Made by a program: the position numbers and the translations under genes
Notes under the pieces: model-generated
Database searches by the model: none
What the model was told of the DNA's origin: nothing
Seen by the model: only the letters and a program-made list of their open reading frames with translations
In this document: piece after piece, positions 1 through 12,767 of the stretch
Numbering within the stretch: the first letter of the stretch is position 1
How the letters are laid out: every line of letters starts with the position of its first letter
DNA from: Marsupella aquatica
Taxonomy: Eukaryota; Plantae; Marchantiophyta
Direction: 5' to 3'
Length of the DNA stretch: 64,000 nucleotides
Assembly (NCBI GenBank): GCA_973895155.1
Contig: OZ316893.1
Coordinates: forward strand, 372,001-436,000

Positions 1-54
1 GAAGAAAGTGTCTTTGAACCAGAGGTATCCCCCAGCGGACTATGGCAAGAACCT

Positions 55-270
55 ATGGAGAATAACTTGAAGGATTGTGAAGACAAAGCCGAGGACTACT
101 TTGCCATAGAGTCCACCTTTTTAGCTGCAATTCCGGAGGAAGCACAAGAAGTAAGCCAGTTGGATGAAACGGCTAAGGGGGGAGCTATACCCATGACGGT
201 GGATTTTCCTCAGGCGTTGTGGCAGAGCCGGCAGGATCCACAACGCCATCTATCATCGGCAAACAATTAA
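55..270 (+). CDS. C-terminal tail of gag-protease ORF, copy A
   Basis: Aligns with the C-terminus of ORF 52049-53761 in copy B (FAIESTFLAAIPEE..QLDETAK..LWQSRQ). Confidence 0.85.
   Translation: MENNLKDCEDKAEDYFAIESTFLAAIPEEAQEVSQLDETAKGGAIPMTVDFPQALWQSRQDPQRHLSSANN
201..260 (+). promoter_or_regulatory. Putative -1 programmed ribosomal frameshift signal (slippery heptamer plus stem/pseudoknot)
   Basis: G GAT TTT at 201-207 in ORF1 frame; 5-nt spacer; perfect 10-bp stem GGCGTTGTGG(213-222)/CCACAACGCC(238-247); loop GCCGG(227-231) can pair with TCGGC(256-260); downstream pol frame is -1. Confidence 0.75.
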
Positions 271-3200
271 ATACCAAGGGATCGGCATACAAGCCGATTA
301 CGAGGGCAGAACAAATTGAGGCCCTATTAGAAGCCGGGAGAGCACAGCGACCGGACCCTCAGGAGGAAGAGGTGGAAGAGATGCACAGACACAATCCAGA
401 GTCGAGGCAGGAAGGAAAACCGACTACCAATTCAAAACCGAATAGGCCGGCAAGGGGACAATCTGTGGGCACCAAGGGAGAAACCGATTCGGCTAGTACA
501 GCCGAGATTCCAGTTTATGGAGGTATGAGACTAGAGAGGCTGGAAGCCGAGCTGGACCCGAATTTGAAGAAGCAGATTAATATGATCCAAGCACGGCAAT
601 ACCGGAAGCTCGACTTAGGAGAAGGAAGGGAACTGAACTTAGGGAGAGACCTAGCACCTGAGCTTGAGAAAGAGATCAGTGACTTACTGATTGAATTTCA
701 GGATGTGTTCGCATGGAGTCACCAAGATCTAAAGGGAGTAGATCCAACATTAGGGGAACATCGAATTGATCTCATGTTAGGAGCTAAATCATTCAGACAA
801 CCAATTCGAAGGATGAATCCTAAGTATTCCCTGATGGTCAAAACAGAAATCGACAAATTAGTGGAAGCTGGATTCATCACTCCAGTCCTGCATTCAGACT
901 GGGTGTCTCCAATTGTGATAGTTCCCAAGAAAGCTGGACCCGATGGTAAAACCAAGATCCGGGTTTGTCAGGATTATAGGAAGCTGAATGAAGCGACGTT
1001 AAAAGACCATTTTCCTTTACCCTTTACTAATATGGTACTAGACATGGTAGCCAGTCATGCATGAACTATATTCATTCATGGATGGGTACTCTGGTTATAA
1101 CCAAATCAGGATTAGGCAGGAGGACCAAATCAAGACGGCCTTCATCACGGAATGGGGGATCTATGTCTTCAATCGTATGCCGTTTGGACTCTGTAACGCA
1201 CCAGCTATGTTTCAACGATTGATGGTGAATATTTTCCATGATTACTTGAGAAAGTTCATGGAAATCTTCATTGATGACTTTGCAGTATTCGGGAAGGCAT
1301 CGAAACATGCTAAATACCTAAGGAAGACCTTCATGAGATGCAGAGAGGTAGGTCTCAAGTTACATCCAGATAAATGTTTCTTTGGGGTAACAGAAGGCGT
1401 GCTATTAGGTCACAAGGTATCAAAGAAGGGCATCGAGATTGACAAAGGTAAGCTAGCAGTATGGCTTGATATCATGCAACCTAAGAACATAAAGGATGTA
1501 AGATCCTTCTTGGGTTGCATTGGGTATTATTGCCGGTTTATTAAAGATTTTGCCAAACTAGCTTTACCATTAACCAACATGCTCAAGGCAGGCGCAGACT
1601 TTGAACCCACCCCAGAAAGAGTAACCGCTGTGGTGGAATTAAAGCAAAAGTTAGTAGAAGCCCCAGTCATGATAGCACCAGACTGGAACAAGGAATTTCA
1701 TGTCTTTGTAGATGTCTCAGGCTTCTGTATTGGCTCAGTACTAAGTCAGTTGGATGAGAAAGGGAGGGACCATCCCATATACTTTGCAAGCCGTCAGCTT
1801 GCCGATGCCAAACGGAACTACTCCACCACAGAAAGAGAAGCATTAGGAGTCATTTATTCATGTAAAAAGTTTAGGCATTATTTGCTAGGGTACAAGGTAA
1901 TCTTTCATACCGATCATGAAAGTTTGAAGTACCTAGTAAATAAGCTGGACCTTACAGGCAGGGTAGCAAGATGGATTTTGCTATTACAGGAGTTTGACTA
2001 CGAGCTAAAGATCAAACCAGGGAAGCTACACGCCAATGCCGACTTCTTTTCAAGGATCATAGGTGAACCTGCCACAGATTGCATCGATGATCGATTCCCT
2101 GACGAGGAGCTATTCGTTGTGGAAATAGCTGATACATGGTACCCGGAGATTTTGCAATTTCTCAGCACGTCCAGATTACAGCCAGGGCTAACCCGAGAAC
2201 AAGCCGCAGTCTTTCTGCGGAAGGTCAGACAGTATCAGTACATTAAGGGTGTACTACACAGGTATGGAATCAGCGGCACTATTCAAAGGTGTTTAGAAAA
2301 GGGAGAGGTAAAACGAGTCTTACGGGCTATGCATGGAGAAGAAGTCGGCGGACATTTTGCTCCAGTAACCACGTCTAAAAAGATATTAAATGCCGGTTAC
2401 TGGTGGCCCACCTTGCACAAGGATGTCTATCAGTTCATCAAACAATGTGATCCTTGTCAGCGAGCAGGAGGACCAAGGGCGTCACTCTACAAGACATCCA
2501 TTGCACCCTATTCTACCCCTGGCACCAATTTGAGAAGTGGGGTATTGATTACATTGGACCGCTGAAACCATTAACCCATCCTCGGAGAAACAAGTATATA
2601 ATCCTGGCCACGGATTATGCAACTAAGTGGGTGGAGGCCAGACCGACAACGAAGGATGATGCAATTACCACAACTCGATTTCTGTATGAGCAGATCTTCA
2701 CCAGGTATGGAGCACCCCTAGAATTAGTTAGTGATAGAGGAACCCATTTTCTGAATGATATAATTAGTCGTTTAAATGAGCAGTATTTAGTTAGACATAG
2801 GCCTACTACTCCTTACCACCCAAAGGCAAATGGATTGACAGAACGAGCCAATGGGATTATAGGAAAGATATTAAACAAAACAATAGCTTAGAACAAACTC
2901 GATTGGGATGATAAATTGTTTGCTGCTGTTTTTGCTTACAATTTAGCCTATAAATCCACCACCGGACATACACCCTTTTTCTTAACCTTTGGACAAGAAG
3001 CTCTGGTACCCATGCAACTTGAGATACCGACATTTCAAGTTACAATTGAGGAAAGAGTCTCAGAGGAGGAAAGCCTGAAGGAGCGAGAATATAGATTAGA
3101 AGCTTTAGAGGAGGCAAGAATGATTTCAGCCGAGAGAGTAGAATATAGACAGAATATCATGAAGCAGCAGTATGATAAAAAGTTGAATGTAGTTAGTATT

Positions 3201-3452
3201 CACATAGGAGATCTTGTATTACTTTATGACAGTAGGTATAATAGGTTTCTAGGGAAGCTTTACACTCGTTGGTTAGGACCTTTCAAGGTATCAAAGAAGT
3301 TCCCCAATGGCTTTGTACAATTGGCCAACATTACCGGAGAGGTGTACCCAGTTCGTATTCACTACAACCGCCTCAAGAAATACTATATGAACGAAGATGA
3401 AGTTGTTCGCGAGGACGCTTCACAATTAAGTGGGGAGCTATGTGATGCCTAG
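219..3452 (+). pseudogene. pol: pol (RT-RNase H-integrase), disrupted
   Basis: Fragments 219-1064, 1057-2565, 2454-2891, 2916-3452 align to intact pol of copy B; 4-bp duplication near 1057, frameshift near 2490-2530, CAG>TAG at 2889-2891. Confidence 0.95.
3428..3440 (+). promoter_or_regulatory. Polypurine tract, copy A
   Basis: AAGTGGGGAGCTA directly before TGTGATGCC, the LTR start defined by copy B. Confidence 0.85.
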
Positions 3453-3555
3453 CCAGGAATCACTGGGCTAGTTTAAGGGGAAAAGGGAAGTGTACCCTAG
3501 AAACACCTTAGTATAGTTACATAAATAAGGAAAATATAAACAATTAAGGGTGACT

Positions 3556-6500
3556 ATGGAACCCGAGCCGAGGCCGAAAGTAAGGATGCCAGGGGAGAGA
3601 ATACCATTCGGGTTAGGGCACGCTAAGTGCCGGCGGCTAGGGGTAACCAACGGGAGGGAGAACCTTAGGAGGAGAGGGGTAAGGACCGCTCGCGAGGAGT
3701 AGTGGCTCATTTGCAAGCACGCACTAGGCAGGCGACTACGGGCGGCCAACTACTGTCAACTGCTTAGGCAAGCGCTCAGGGTGGGAACAGATACCGACTA
3801 TCAACTCGAGAAGGGTATGAGCAACGTCAATCAAGCGGCACATTTTTGGGGATGCCTGTTCGAATGGGCAACTGAGTACATTGGGACTTATGAGGACGAA
3901 GAATTGGAGAGAGCAGCTCGAGAATGGCAGGAGCTCGCCCGATTGTGGGAGCTGCAGAAAGCTACTTTCTTAGGAGGAGAACTCATCAAGGCTGAATTCC
4001 TATGGACGCCTACTGGCAACGAGCTAGACGACCTGCTGTTTTGCAAAGATAGAGTCGTCGGCATCCGAGAAGCCATCAAATGCTGCAACAACATACACTG
4101 GGAGTTGAAGGGTAGCACAGAGGGGTGGACAAAGGCAACCGTGCTAGGAGAGACATCCACGGGAGCAGAGATGAAGAGGAAGGGGAACAACAACGAAGAG
4201 GCCACCCCGGCAAAAAGAACGAGGTCCGCGGCACCAAAGAAGCCAGCAGGACAACAGAGCAGGAGGCAGAGAGAAGCCGAGGAGGAGGAGGTCGACCCCA
4301 TCAATGCCATTCCAACAAACGATGACACCTGGAAAGGCTGGGCGGCGACCCTACCGGAGGAAGTGCAATTACACTTTGCACGGGAGGAGGATGCATGCTT
4401 TACAGCTATGCAGACCAAGAAGTACCAAGGCTTCATGGTCGGCTCCGGCTTGGAAGCCTTCGTAAGATTACCATGGCTGAAGCCGGAGGTGCCGGACTCA
4501 GACTTGTTAGAATTTGTGGGATCATGGGAGTCCGAGACCAATTCCACAAGGGTGTATGGGAAGGAATTCTATCTCACTCCCCGGGTGATTGCTGAAGTGT
4601 TTGGCTTGCCGATGGGTAATAAGACCAAGGTTGATACCAGGAAGACCTTACCTGACAAGGAGTTTCGGTCGTTCCCAGGACCATCAACAAAGAATGGCTT
4701 CTTCCGGAACACCTGTACCAACCCGCACATCGGAGAGATGATCGATTTCTTGCGGGTAACCATGCACTGTAACTTGCCGAGGGCAGAGATCGGCAAGGCT
4801 CAGGTCTACCTGGCAGAAAGGCCAGACCCAAGTTGGGATTACAACGAGTACCTCCTCAACCAACTGAAGAAGATCTTGAAGGAGGAACAACAGGTAATCG
4901 GCGTGGGAAGCGTGTCCCGGCTTGGCTATCACATGCCGCTGTTGTGCCGGTATGCCAAAAGTCAAATCTTTGCCCCAGTACTTCCTCTATCGGCAAGAGC
5001 ACCGGAGGAGGTCCCAGAGCAGAGGCCGGCAACGGAGAAACCCAACCCGCCCGATAGTCCTACAATCGAGCAGGTGTTTAGGCCAAGGACAGAGGACTTG
5101 CCGATGCAGCAACCAGGCATGCAGAATCTGCTGAAATTACTGGAGAAGGAAAAGAGAACGGCAACGACAACGACACCAATGCAGGACACTGCTCCAGAGG
5201 TGGGCCTAAGCCGGCTTACAAGGGAAAACCCCTTTACTGGGGTCAAGGAGAGAAGGAGGCCGGAACACGAGCCGGGAGTCCGGATGTATGTCGGAGCCTC
5301 AAGTCCCGAAGCCGAGGAGAAGCAGGCCATAGCTCCCGGCCACGACAAGGAGAACAAGAGATCAACACGGAAGCCGGAGGAGGAACCAAGACCGGTGAGA
5401 GGTGAAGCCGTGTTCACAACAAAACCAGGAGAACAGCGGGAGAAGCCGGTAGTCCAAGCCGAGGAGGAGGCGGTAGAGGACTACAGCAATGATGACTCCG
5501 GCTACGGGTTAGATCATCATGTTCCAGGAGTAAGGACCTGTGGCCGGTTCATCCCCATGCTCCCAAGAGTAGTTCGAGGAGACCCGAGCCAGCAGAGCAG
5601 CCCCGAGTCTCCCCCACCAGATATCGGTCCCCCGAGCTTTGACGGCATAAAACAAACGGCGCAGGAATTTCAGGAGCAAATTAGGGAGGAAGAGGAGGCA
5701 GCCCTGGCTAGGGAAAAGGATTTACCAGGAGGAGAATGACCAGAGGACATCAGGCGGCTTGCAGAAAAACAAAGCATCCCCCCAGCCACAATAGAAGAGA
5801 TCCGCAAGGCGGCTTGGGAGAACAGGCCGCGGTGGATGATGCTGATGACTTCTACTTCCTCCACCTATGCTAAAAATAGAGCCATGGAGTACGGGGAAAT
5901 GTGTGGAGAGCTGGCGCTCAGCATCTTTGGGGAAGAGTTGGAGCAAGGACCCTTTTTTCAGAGGGAGATGTTGGAGAAGCGCCAATTAGAAGAAGCGGTG
6001 GCTTTGGAAAGAACCAAGAAGGACGAGGTCATCCGTCGGCTCAAGGCAAGGGAAGCCAAAATCAAAGACTTGAGGGCGGCCAAGAAAGCCCAGATGAGCT
6101 GTGGATTAAGCGGCATGAGCTAAATATCATGCAGGGCCAATTGGATACCGCACAGTCTGATAATCGGATTATGGAGAATAAACTGACTCAAACCCAAGGA
6201 GAGTTGGCCGATGCGATCAAGGAGCGGGAGAAGTGGAAGCGAGAGCTGAGGGATGCAGAGGAGGCCCACATAACAGCCAACAACCGGGCCAGGGTGGAGA
6301 CCCAGAGAAGGGAAAGGGCATTGAAGGGGGAGCTCGAGGTTATCCGCGGAACCCTTGAGAAGAAGGAGGCCGAGTTGGGGAAATCCTATCAAGGGATTAT
6401 TGCGCTGCAGCAGGAGCTTGCATCCCTGACGGCCAGCTTCAAGGCCGACCTGCGTGAGAAGGACAATATGCTCGATCAGACTTACGCCAAGATGAACCAG

Positions 6501-7358
6501 ATGGAGTCTGTCATCATTGCAGAGCTCGACAAGGAGTTAAGAGCGACCCGGGAGGAGAGAGCTGCGTTTAAACAGGAATTGGAGGAAGCCCAAAAGGAGC
6601 TGGAGGAGGCGCGCAAGGACCTGGATGAAGTGCAGGAAGAGTTGGAGGAAAGCACGCGGAAGCTAGAGAACTTACAACGACGAGCCGACAACCAAACGGA
6701 GCGGCTGAAGAAACAAGCCGCAGTATTTAAGTGCTTGGCTTCATCAGGGCCAACTCAAATTCAGGCCACTAAGTTACCAGGAGTGGTACTGGCCGAAGGA
6801 CAAGCCGCGCCATTTGCACTAGTGCCAGAAGTAAGTGGGAAGGGGAAGGGGCAAGCTGCCGAACCAGAAAAGAAGAAGAAGCGGACACCTTCAGGGTCAA
6901 GGAGTAATACGGCTCCACAAGCCGTGGTGACCAAGGAGGTAAACCCAGCACCGACCTCAGGCAGGGTTACGGCAGAGGATCCAACTACCCTAGAAGAAGG
7001 GGATGACAAAGCCGAGGCCAGGATACTCGGTAATGAAGCCGAGGTACCCAATCCACCACTTGAGTGTGCAAGGGAGGCCGTAGCCGAGGCTGAGGCCGTA
7101 GCCGAGGCTGAGGCCGTAGCCGAGGCTGAGGCCGTAGCCGAGGCTGAGGCCGTAGCCGAGGCTGAGGCCGTAGCCGAGGCTGAGGCCGTAGCCGAGGCTG
7201 ATGTTGAAGCCGATGCCGTTGCCGGGGGTGGACCCAGTCAGGCCGATGGAGAGTTGACTCAGTCAAGGGCAGGTAATCTGTCAGAGAACGAACCTACGGC
7301 AGTGGCTGAGGTGGAAGCGTTGGGGGCGTCCACTGAGGAACAGACACTGCTGCCATGA
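3556..7358 (+). pseudogene. LTR-encoded accessory protein (plant-retroelement accessory-type domain plus long coiled coil), disrupted
   Basis: ATG 3556 (MEPEPRP); stops at 3700 (TGG>TAG) and 5737 (TGG>TGA); 1-nt deletion near 6093; aligns to the LTR ORFs of copy B. Confidence 0.9.
7074..7199 (+). repeat. Coding minisatellite, 7 x 18 bp GAGGCCGTAGCCGAGGCT encoding (EAVAEA)7
   Basis: Seven perfect tandem units. Confidence 0.97.
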
Positions 7359-8627
7359 CGGTGGTGGAGGGCCGCTCCTTTCAAGGAGGGCAGACGTGGA
7401 GGGAGGAGGCGTGAGTGGGCAGGGCGGGCTCAGATCTCTAAGTTTAGGATTAGGATCAGGACCAGAAGGCGGCCCTGACACTTAGCTTAGTGGGATTGCG
7501 GTTCCACTGGTAAGAGCAACACTTGTACTCCTGCCTCGCTGTACATAGGTAGATTCAGTTAGGTAGATTAAGCTTACGCTGCAAGGAATTAGGCGGATCC
7601 ACTACCAGGATAAGTACCTGGGCAGCGGGGAGCTCAGGGCCTCTTCTTTAGCAAGTTTTTAGTTGCACCAGCCGGGCTGGGATCAAGTAGTAAGAGAAGC
7701 TCTTGGTTAGTCATACAGTGACCCTTGTGTATATTCATGTTTCCTCATGCCTAAGAGCTGAATAGAGTTGGCCTCACGGCTTAGTTCGCAGAGCTTGTGT
7801 ATAAGATGTACTGTTTGTATGGCAAGTGCATGGTATGACTCAGTCAGAAGGAGTCATTTTGCTATTTGTGTGTCGCATTAACTTGTGTGAAGAGTGCCCA
7901 CATCAACTAATAGAGGAAGGAAAGTAAGCAAGGGAGTGAGAGTTGGATGTGTCGAGCTGAGAGAGATCTTAGCGGCTTAACCAAGCCTATTGGGGATCAT
8001 TCCGGCGGCGGAATCCAAATATACCTAACAAGACGTAGGGGAAGACAAGGGAAGGCCTAGATTAGGCCGGCTACGTATCTCATGACCCGATGAAGGATCT
8101 GTCCAGTATATGTGTGTAAAATGTTAATAGTAGTAGTAGAAGGAGGTTAGCAGCGTCCCATGCCACTAAGCCACGGAAACGGCCTCGCCAAGCGCGGAAC
8201 CCGCGGGAATCGGCTTGTGAAGGGGGGTTTCTGGGGTTTAGGGAGCCATGGGACGCACCATAAACGGGCAGAGTACCGTTGAGTAAACAGTCCAATCGCG
8301 ACACGATTAGTTTGAAATAGACCAGACTTAATTACATAACGACAATATACAAATGGCGACAGGATGGCCACAGAACGCATGAACGATATTATGATGTAAA
8401 TGTTGGAGGAAAAATGTGCACATTTGGGGAGCTCCCGACGCTACTAAAGGAAGAGACCAATTTAAAACCTTCTATACAAGAAATACATGTATCTCGATAA
8501 CAGCGCCCGGCGCTACTGAAGACAACAAGTGGTTTTTAGAATTTTATTAGTATGAGTATATGAAGTTAAATACATGTCTTTTCATAACAGCGCCCGACAC
8601 TAGTAAAAGCTGGAAAAGAAATATACA

Positions 8628-11600
8628 TCAATTATCGGTTTCTGATTGAGATTCCGATTCAGAGCTCTGTGATCTGTCGGTAGAGATTGCCTTGTCATCA
8701 ATATACTTGCTCTTAGAAACGTCATCTACATATGGGTTTCTAACAAACTTTCTGTCGAGTCCTCTTCGAAGGCGGAGACCTTTGTTTTCCCAGCATAGAG
8801 TCCTTTGACTATCCTCCTTTCTCGCAGCGTTCTCAGCGTAAGACGGCAAAACAAATGGTTTCTCTGGTGTATCCATTTCAAAACGTGCAACTTTCCTTCT
8901 AAGTTGGAAGCGCTTTTTGGTATTCCATTCGGACCTGGGTAGATAACCAAGTAAGACAACCGATTGAAAGATACAATCAATAGCACAAAATGCATGAAGG
9001 AGCTGGAAAAGAGAAAGAAGCTTATGAGTTTCAGAACATTACTCGGAAGGGTCATTGCTATCACTCTCGCCAACAGATTTCTCCTTACCCCCCCTGAGTT
9101 GTCTCCCCGTCCACTTCATCTGCTGTCCCCCCACTTGACTCATCATCGGAGTCAAAATTAAGTACAGACCGGAGCTTGTCCCTCTTTTTCTTTTCCGGTG
9201 GTTGAATTGGGGGAGGCAAGGTTTCTACTTCCTTAGAAGAGAGTAGATTTAAGAACACCTTAGAACCAGTTTCAACAAAATCCTTCTGATTCTCCAGTCC
9301 AATTACAAACCTCCTAGAATAGTCTCCAGCTACAAAAGAGCTACCCGAACCAACTGTCCAATCTATGAAAATATCCCGAGGCCGAGTGATGAGCTCTATC
9401 ACAGATTGCATGAATCCAACCGACAAACGGGCATTCCCTGCGAATTCCATCTCAGGTGTTGGATCTATATTGAGAGTGGGGAAGCCCAATTAAATTAGTG
9501 ATGGAGGGATGTTCTGTAACAGAAAGAGGTCTGAACCTCGAGTCCTTGGGTACTTTCCCTTTCTGAGATACTCGGCAAAAGACGTCTAGCCTGAGCATGA
9601 ATATCTGCGAGATAAACCAAGAATGATATGTCATTCCATGCATTCATACACATTTTTGAGTGTAAAAAACAGAGATCACGACTTGGAATTTACCTGTCGG
9701 TCAGTCTTTGACGCGTACATAGGAACTGACATAACAACATTGTGTGTGGAGATGCAATGAAACTTCTTCGATTCCTGACATGCGGATATAACCTGAGACA
9801 TAGGATCGTACTCCCCATTATGCAAAACTGCTAGCATTCCGTCATCTGATAAAAATGGGTTCATTCCACGAAAGAATGATGTTGCCAGTGTGTGGTCGGG
9901 GGTATTCCATTTCGGGACTTTTCTGTCTAGCAGCGATGGTTTCAGACCCGTAGGAAGGTAAATGAATCCTGCGTGTACTCCAAAGGATCTTTCCTTCCCC
10001 CCATGGACAATTCCCTTGTCTCGATATCCCAACTTCATGAGGTCCTTTGCCCATTTCTCTACACCATTTACCCAGGCAGGCTTCTCCTCTTTGTTGAACG
10101 TTGTGTCATAGAATTCTGAGATGCTAGACTCAACCATGCAATGCCTTGAAAGAGTGTTTTTGAAGTCACCAACTTCACGTTGAACACCCGTTGCAGCCGC
10201 ACTTTCCCGAGCGGAGGAGGATCCACCTTCAATTGCCCTTTTTCGCTTCTTTCTAGTACTGACCGCATCTACTGGAGCAATTGACTTCCCTTTCTCGATG
10301 GGTGTAAGTGGGTCAGATGGAGGCCCTGTATTGGCTTCAGATGCCTCTGGGGTGGCATCTACCTTTGTATCGCCACTGCCGATGGCGTCGGACTTTCTCC
10401 CTGATCAAATGGAAGGCGATGTTAGATTTTGAGCGTATGGAAAACACAAAGTATACTAACGCCCGACGCTGGCCAAACTTTCTCGAAGAGATGGGAGAAA
10501 ATATGTATATTTCTGGAACAAATGAGACAAATGCAATCTAACATATAATGAATGGCATAGCAGCGCTAGGCGCTAACCAAAGAACTACAAATTATACTTA
10601 CGTTTTTTCCCGGACCTTGTTGATTCACTGGGGACAGCAGTATCAGCTTTCCCTTTTGCGCGAGGCTTCCTGCTTCGGTCAACGTGAACAACTGTGGTCT
10701 CACAGTTCATTTGCAATTATGTTGTGGACTTATCTACATTGTCCGCTAGTCCCTGCTTCATGTCAAAAACAATATTGACTAGTATCTGGGACTTAGAGAG
10801 CTTGTGGAAAGCATCCTTTTCTCGGTGATCAAAGGGCGAGTCCCATCTGTCTGTATCTAGGTACCATGGACAGTGCGTTCTCTCCCATTCACTTAAAGGT
10901 CTCGGTGGGAAAATTCCCTCCTCGGGGTACATAGAGTACAAATCACATAAATTGTCACCTTTTGATATTACTGTCCACTTCTGAAAAGCGGCGGGATATG
11001 CCCAGAAGTAATCAGGTCTAGTTACTTCCATGTGGATGTAAAATCGGTAGAGGTACCTTTTTGCTCGCTTCTGGTTCTTGAAAGAGTAGTCCTCTTTGTC
11101 CGGATACTTTGAAGGCCACATTGTATTAAAAAACTTAGTCTTCACCAAGTCTCTGTATCTCTTGAAATCATTAGTAACTATATCAATGAGAGCTTCAAAA
11201 GATTCACATGCCCAGGCTTGCAAGCGATTCTCGGGAATGATTTGTTGGACCTCTCTCAAAGCACACTGTAACATCCCCACTGCAATCCCCTTTACATTGT
11301 TCCACGTAATCTAGGTATGACACCACTGTTTTACTGGATCATCATTGACGTTGTTCGGATGGAAGAATTGCCTTCGGAGCTCGGGATTGCAATGGGCGAC
11401 AAGCAAAGTACTCCTGAGCTTGAGGTCGAGTGCGGAAACAGCAGTAAAAAGCCTGGCTCGGTCCATCGTACACAAGACGGTATCTGGTTTCTTTTCTCGC
11501 TTATTTCTCTCCGTCACAGCATACATTTTTGCGCACGTAGACAGAAAGTCCTCAAACTTTGGACTCAACAAAGGAGTGATTTTTGATGTTTTCACTGCCC

Positions 11601-12767
11601 ACTCCTTGGTGGCCTCCTTCATCATTATGGCATGCCTTGTGGAAATCTCCTCGGCCGACCAAGGGGTACCAAGGGCCGCAGCGGACTCCATGTCAAGCTT
11701 GAACTGGTTAGAATATGATTTAATCTTATTCTCACATAGAATATAGACAAAAGCCTCTTGAGGTATCTTCTTCGTGTACCAGGATCCTTTCCGTGTCTTC
11801 AGCCTGATCTGCTCAAACTTCTTATAATTTGCAGGGTCGATGAGCTTACTATAGTACTCCAGGTCGTGAATCAAAATCCTCTTGATTCGATCTGCGTCTA
11901 GGATCCATGATGGTTCGACTACGGCTTGTCCAAGCCTGAAACAAAAGAAAACAATTAGAAAAACATTTAAGCAGCGTCGGGCGCTCGTAAAACAATTCCT
12001 CTCCAAGATATGCTATAAAGACAAACTTACTGGTTCACGGTGTGCATCACCGCTTCAATTTCAATCAGTGAACCCTTGTCACCATTGAAGACAGTACAGA
12101 GCACTCGCGAGTGGTATTTTGTGTTTTCTGGACTCTCCGTAGTGACAAGCGTCCAGGAGTACAACCGATGGTTCCCGTCAAAAACTGAGAACATCTTATC
12201 CTTCAGAACAAGAAAATCGGGGTCTGCCGCACATTCTTCCTTGAACTTTTTGTTTTCGGATATCCATATTGGATCCCAAGTATCATGAATTTCCTGTGTG
12301 CAAGTGAGCGTCACACCCTCAGCGTCCGTCGGCTGAACATAAAACCTCATTCCTATCGACGAATTGTATCCCATACCATGAAAAGAGTCTTTCAACTTGT
12401 CAATGGAGGAGCTATCTTTCTGCAAAGTGCGGACGACCTCCATGTGCACCAACCGACACAGCGGAATCCTAGGAGGCTCCTTGTTAAACCCTCGGAAATC
12501 CTTCCTGAAGAACATGACATGTTTTGAAATAAGGTCGGTCTCCGAGAACGAGACATCTCCGATTGCAAATGTGTCAACATTCTCCATCCTTTTTCGTGTC
12601 GGCTTCAAAAACGAGTTACTTGAGATGGGAACTAAAGATGCGCTTGACCTCGTCACTCGACGTGTATACACTGAACCTGAAAATGAAGACTCAGAAGACT
12701 CGCAATAGCCACGATCACGGTCCCCAACAACACTATGCCCCCTCGACAAGGAGGGGACTGCATCCAT
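8628..12767 (-). pseudogene. 5-exon gene, ~1,200 aa: N-terminal ParB/Srx-like domain and C-terminal beta-class N4C/N6A DNA methyltransferase-like domain
   Basis: Predicted exons 12767-12031, 11935-10602, 10400-9694, 9604-9089, 8934-8628 with GT-AG junctions and consistent phases. ParB-like FSVFDGNHRLYSW; MTase motif-IV region VHAGFIYLPTGL, LSDDGMLAVLH; SAM motif IELITRPRDIFIDWTVGSGS..RRFVIGLE. Stops at 11311 and 10717, one frameshift near 9460-9490. Confidence 0.75.

Larger units (their letters stand above)
1..8262 (+). mobile_element. Ty3/gypsy non-chromovirus LTR retrotransposon, copy A (5' part outside window, decayed)
   Basis: RT (FIDDF), RNase H (VDVSGF..EREALG..HTDH), integrase (HHCC, WGIDY/SDRGTHF/ERAN, GPF) in gypsy order, then PPT and a 4.8-kb LTR; collinear with copy B. 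Confidence 0.95.
3441..8262 (+). repeat. 3' LTR of copy A (4,822 bp)
   Basis: Starts TGTGATGCC, ends GGACGCACCATA (CACA>CATA); homologous end to end to the LTRs of copy B; followed by AACGG (predicted TSD). Confidence 0.9.

Noticed and set aside
3556-7358. Retroviral-type envelope gene
   Set aside because: No evident signal peptide or transmembrane helix; NLS-like and coiled-coil features instead
8628-12767. Bacterial or phage contamination
   Set aside because: The gene has four phase-consistent GT-AG introns and is contiguous with plant retroelements
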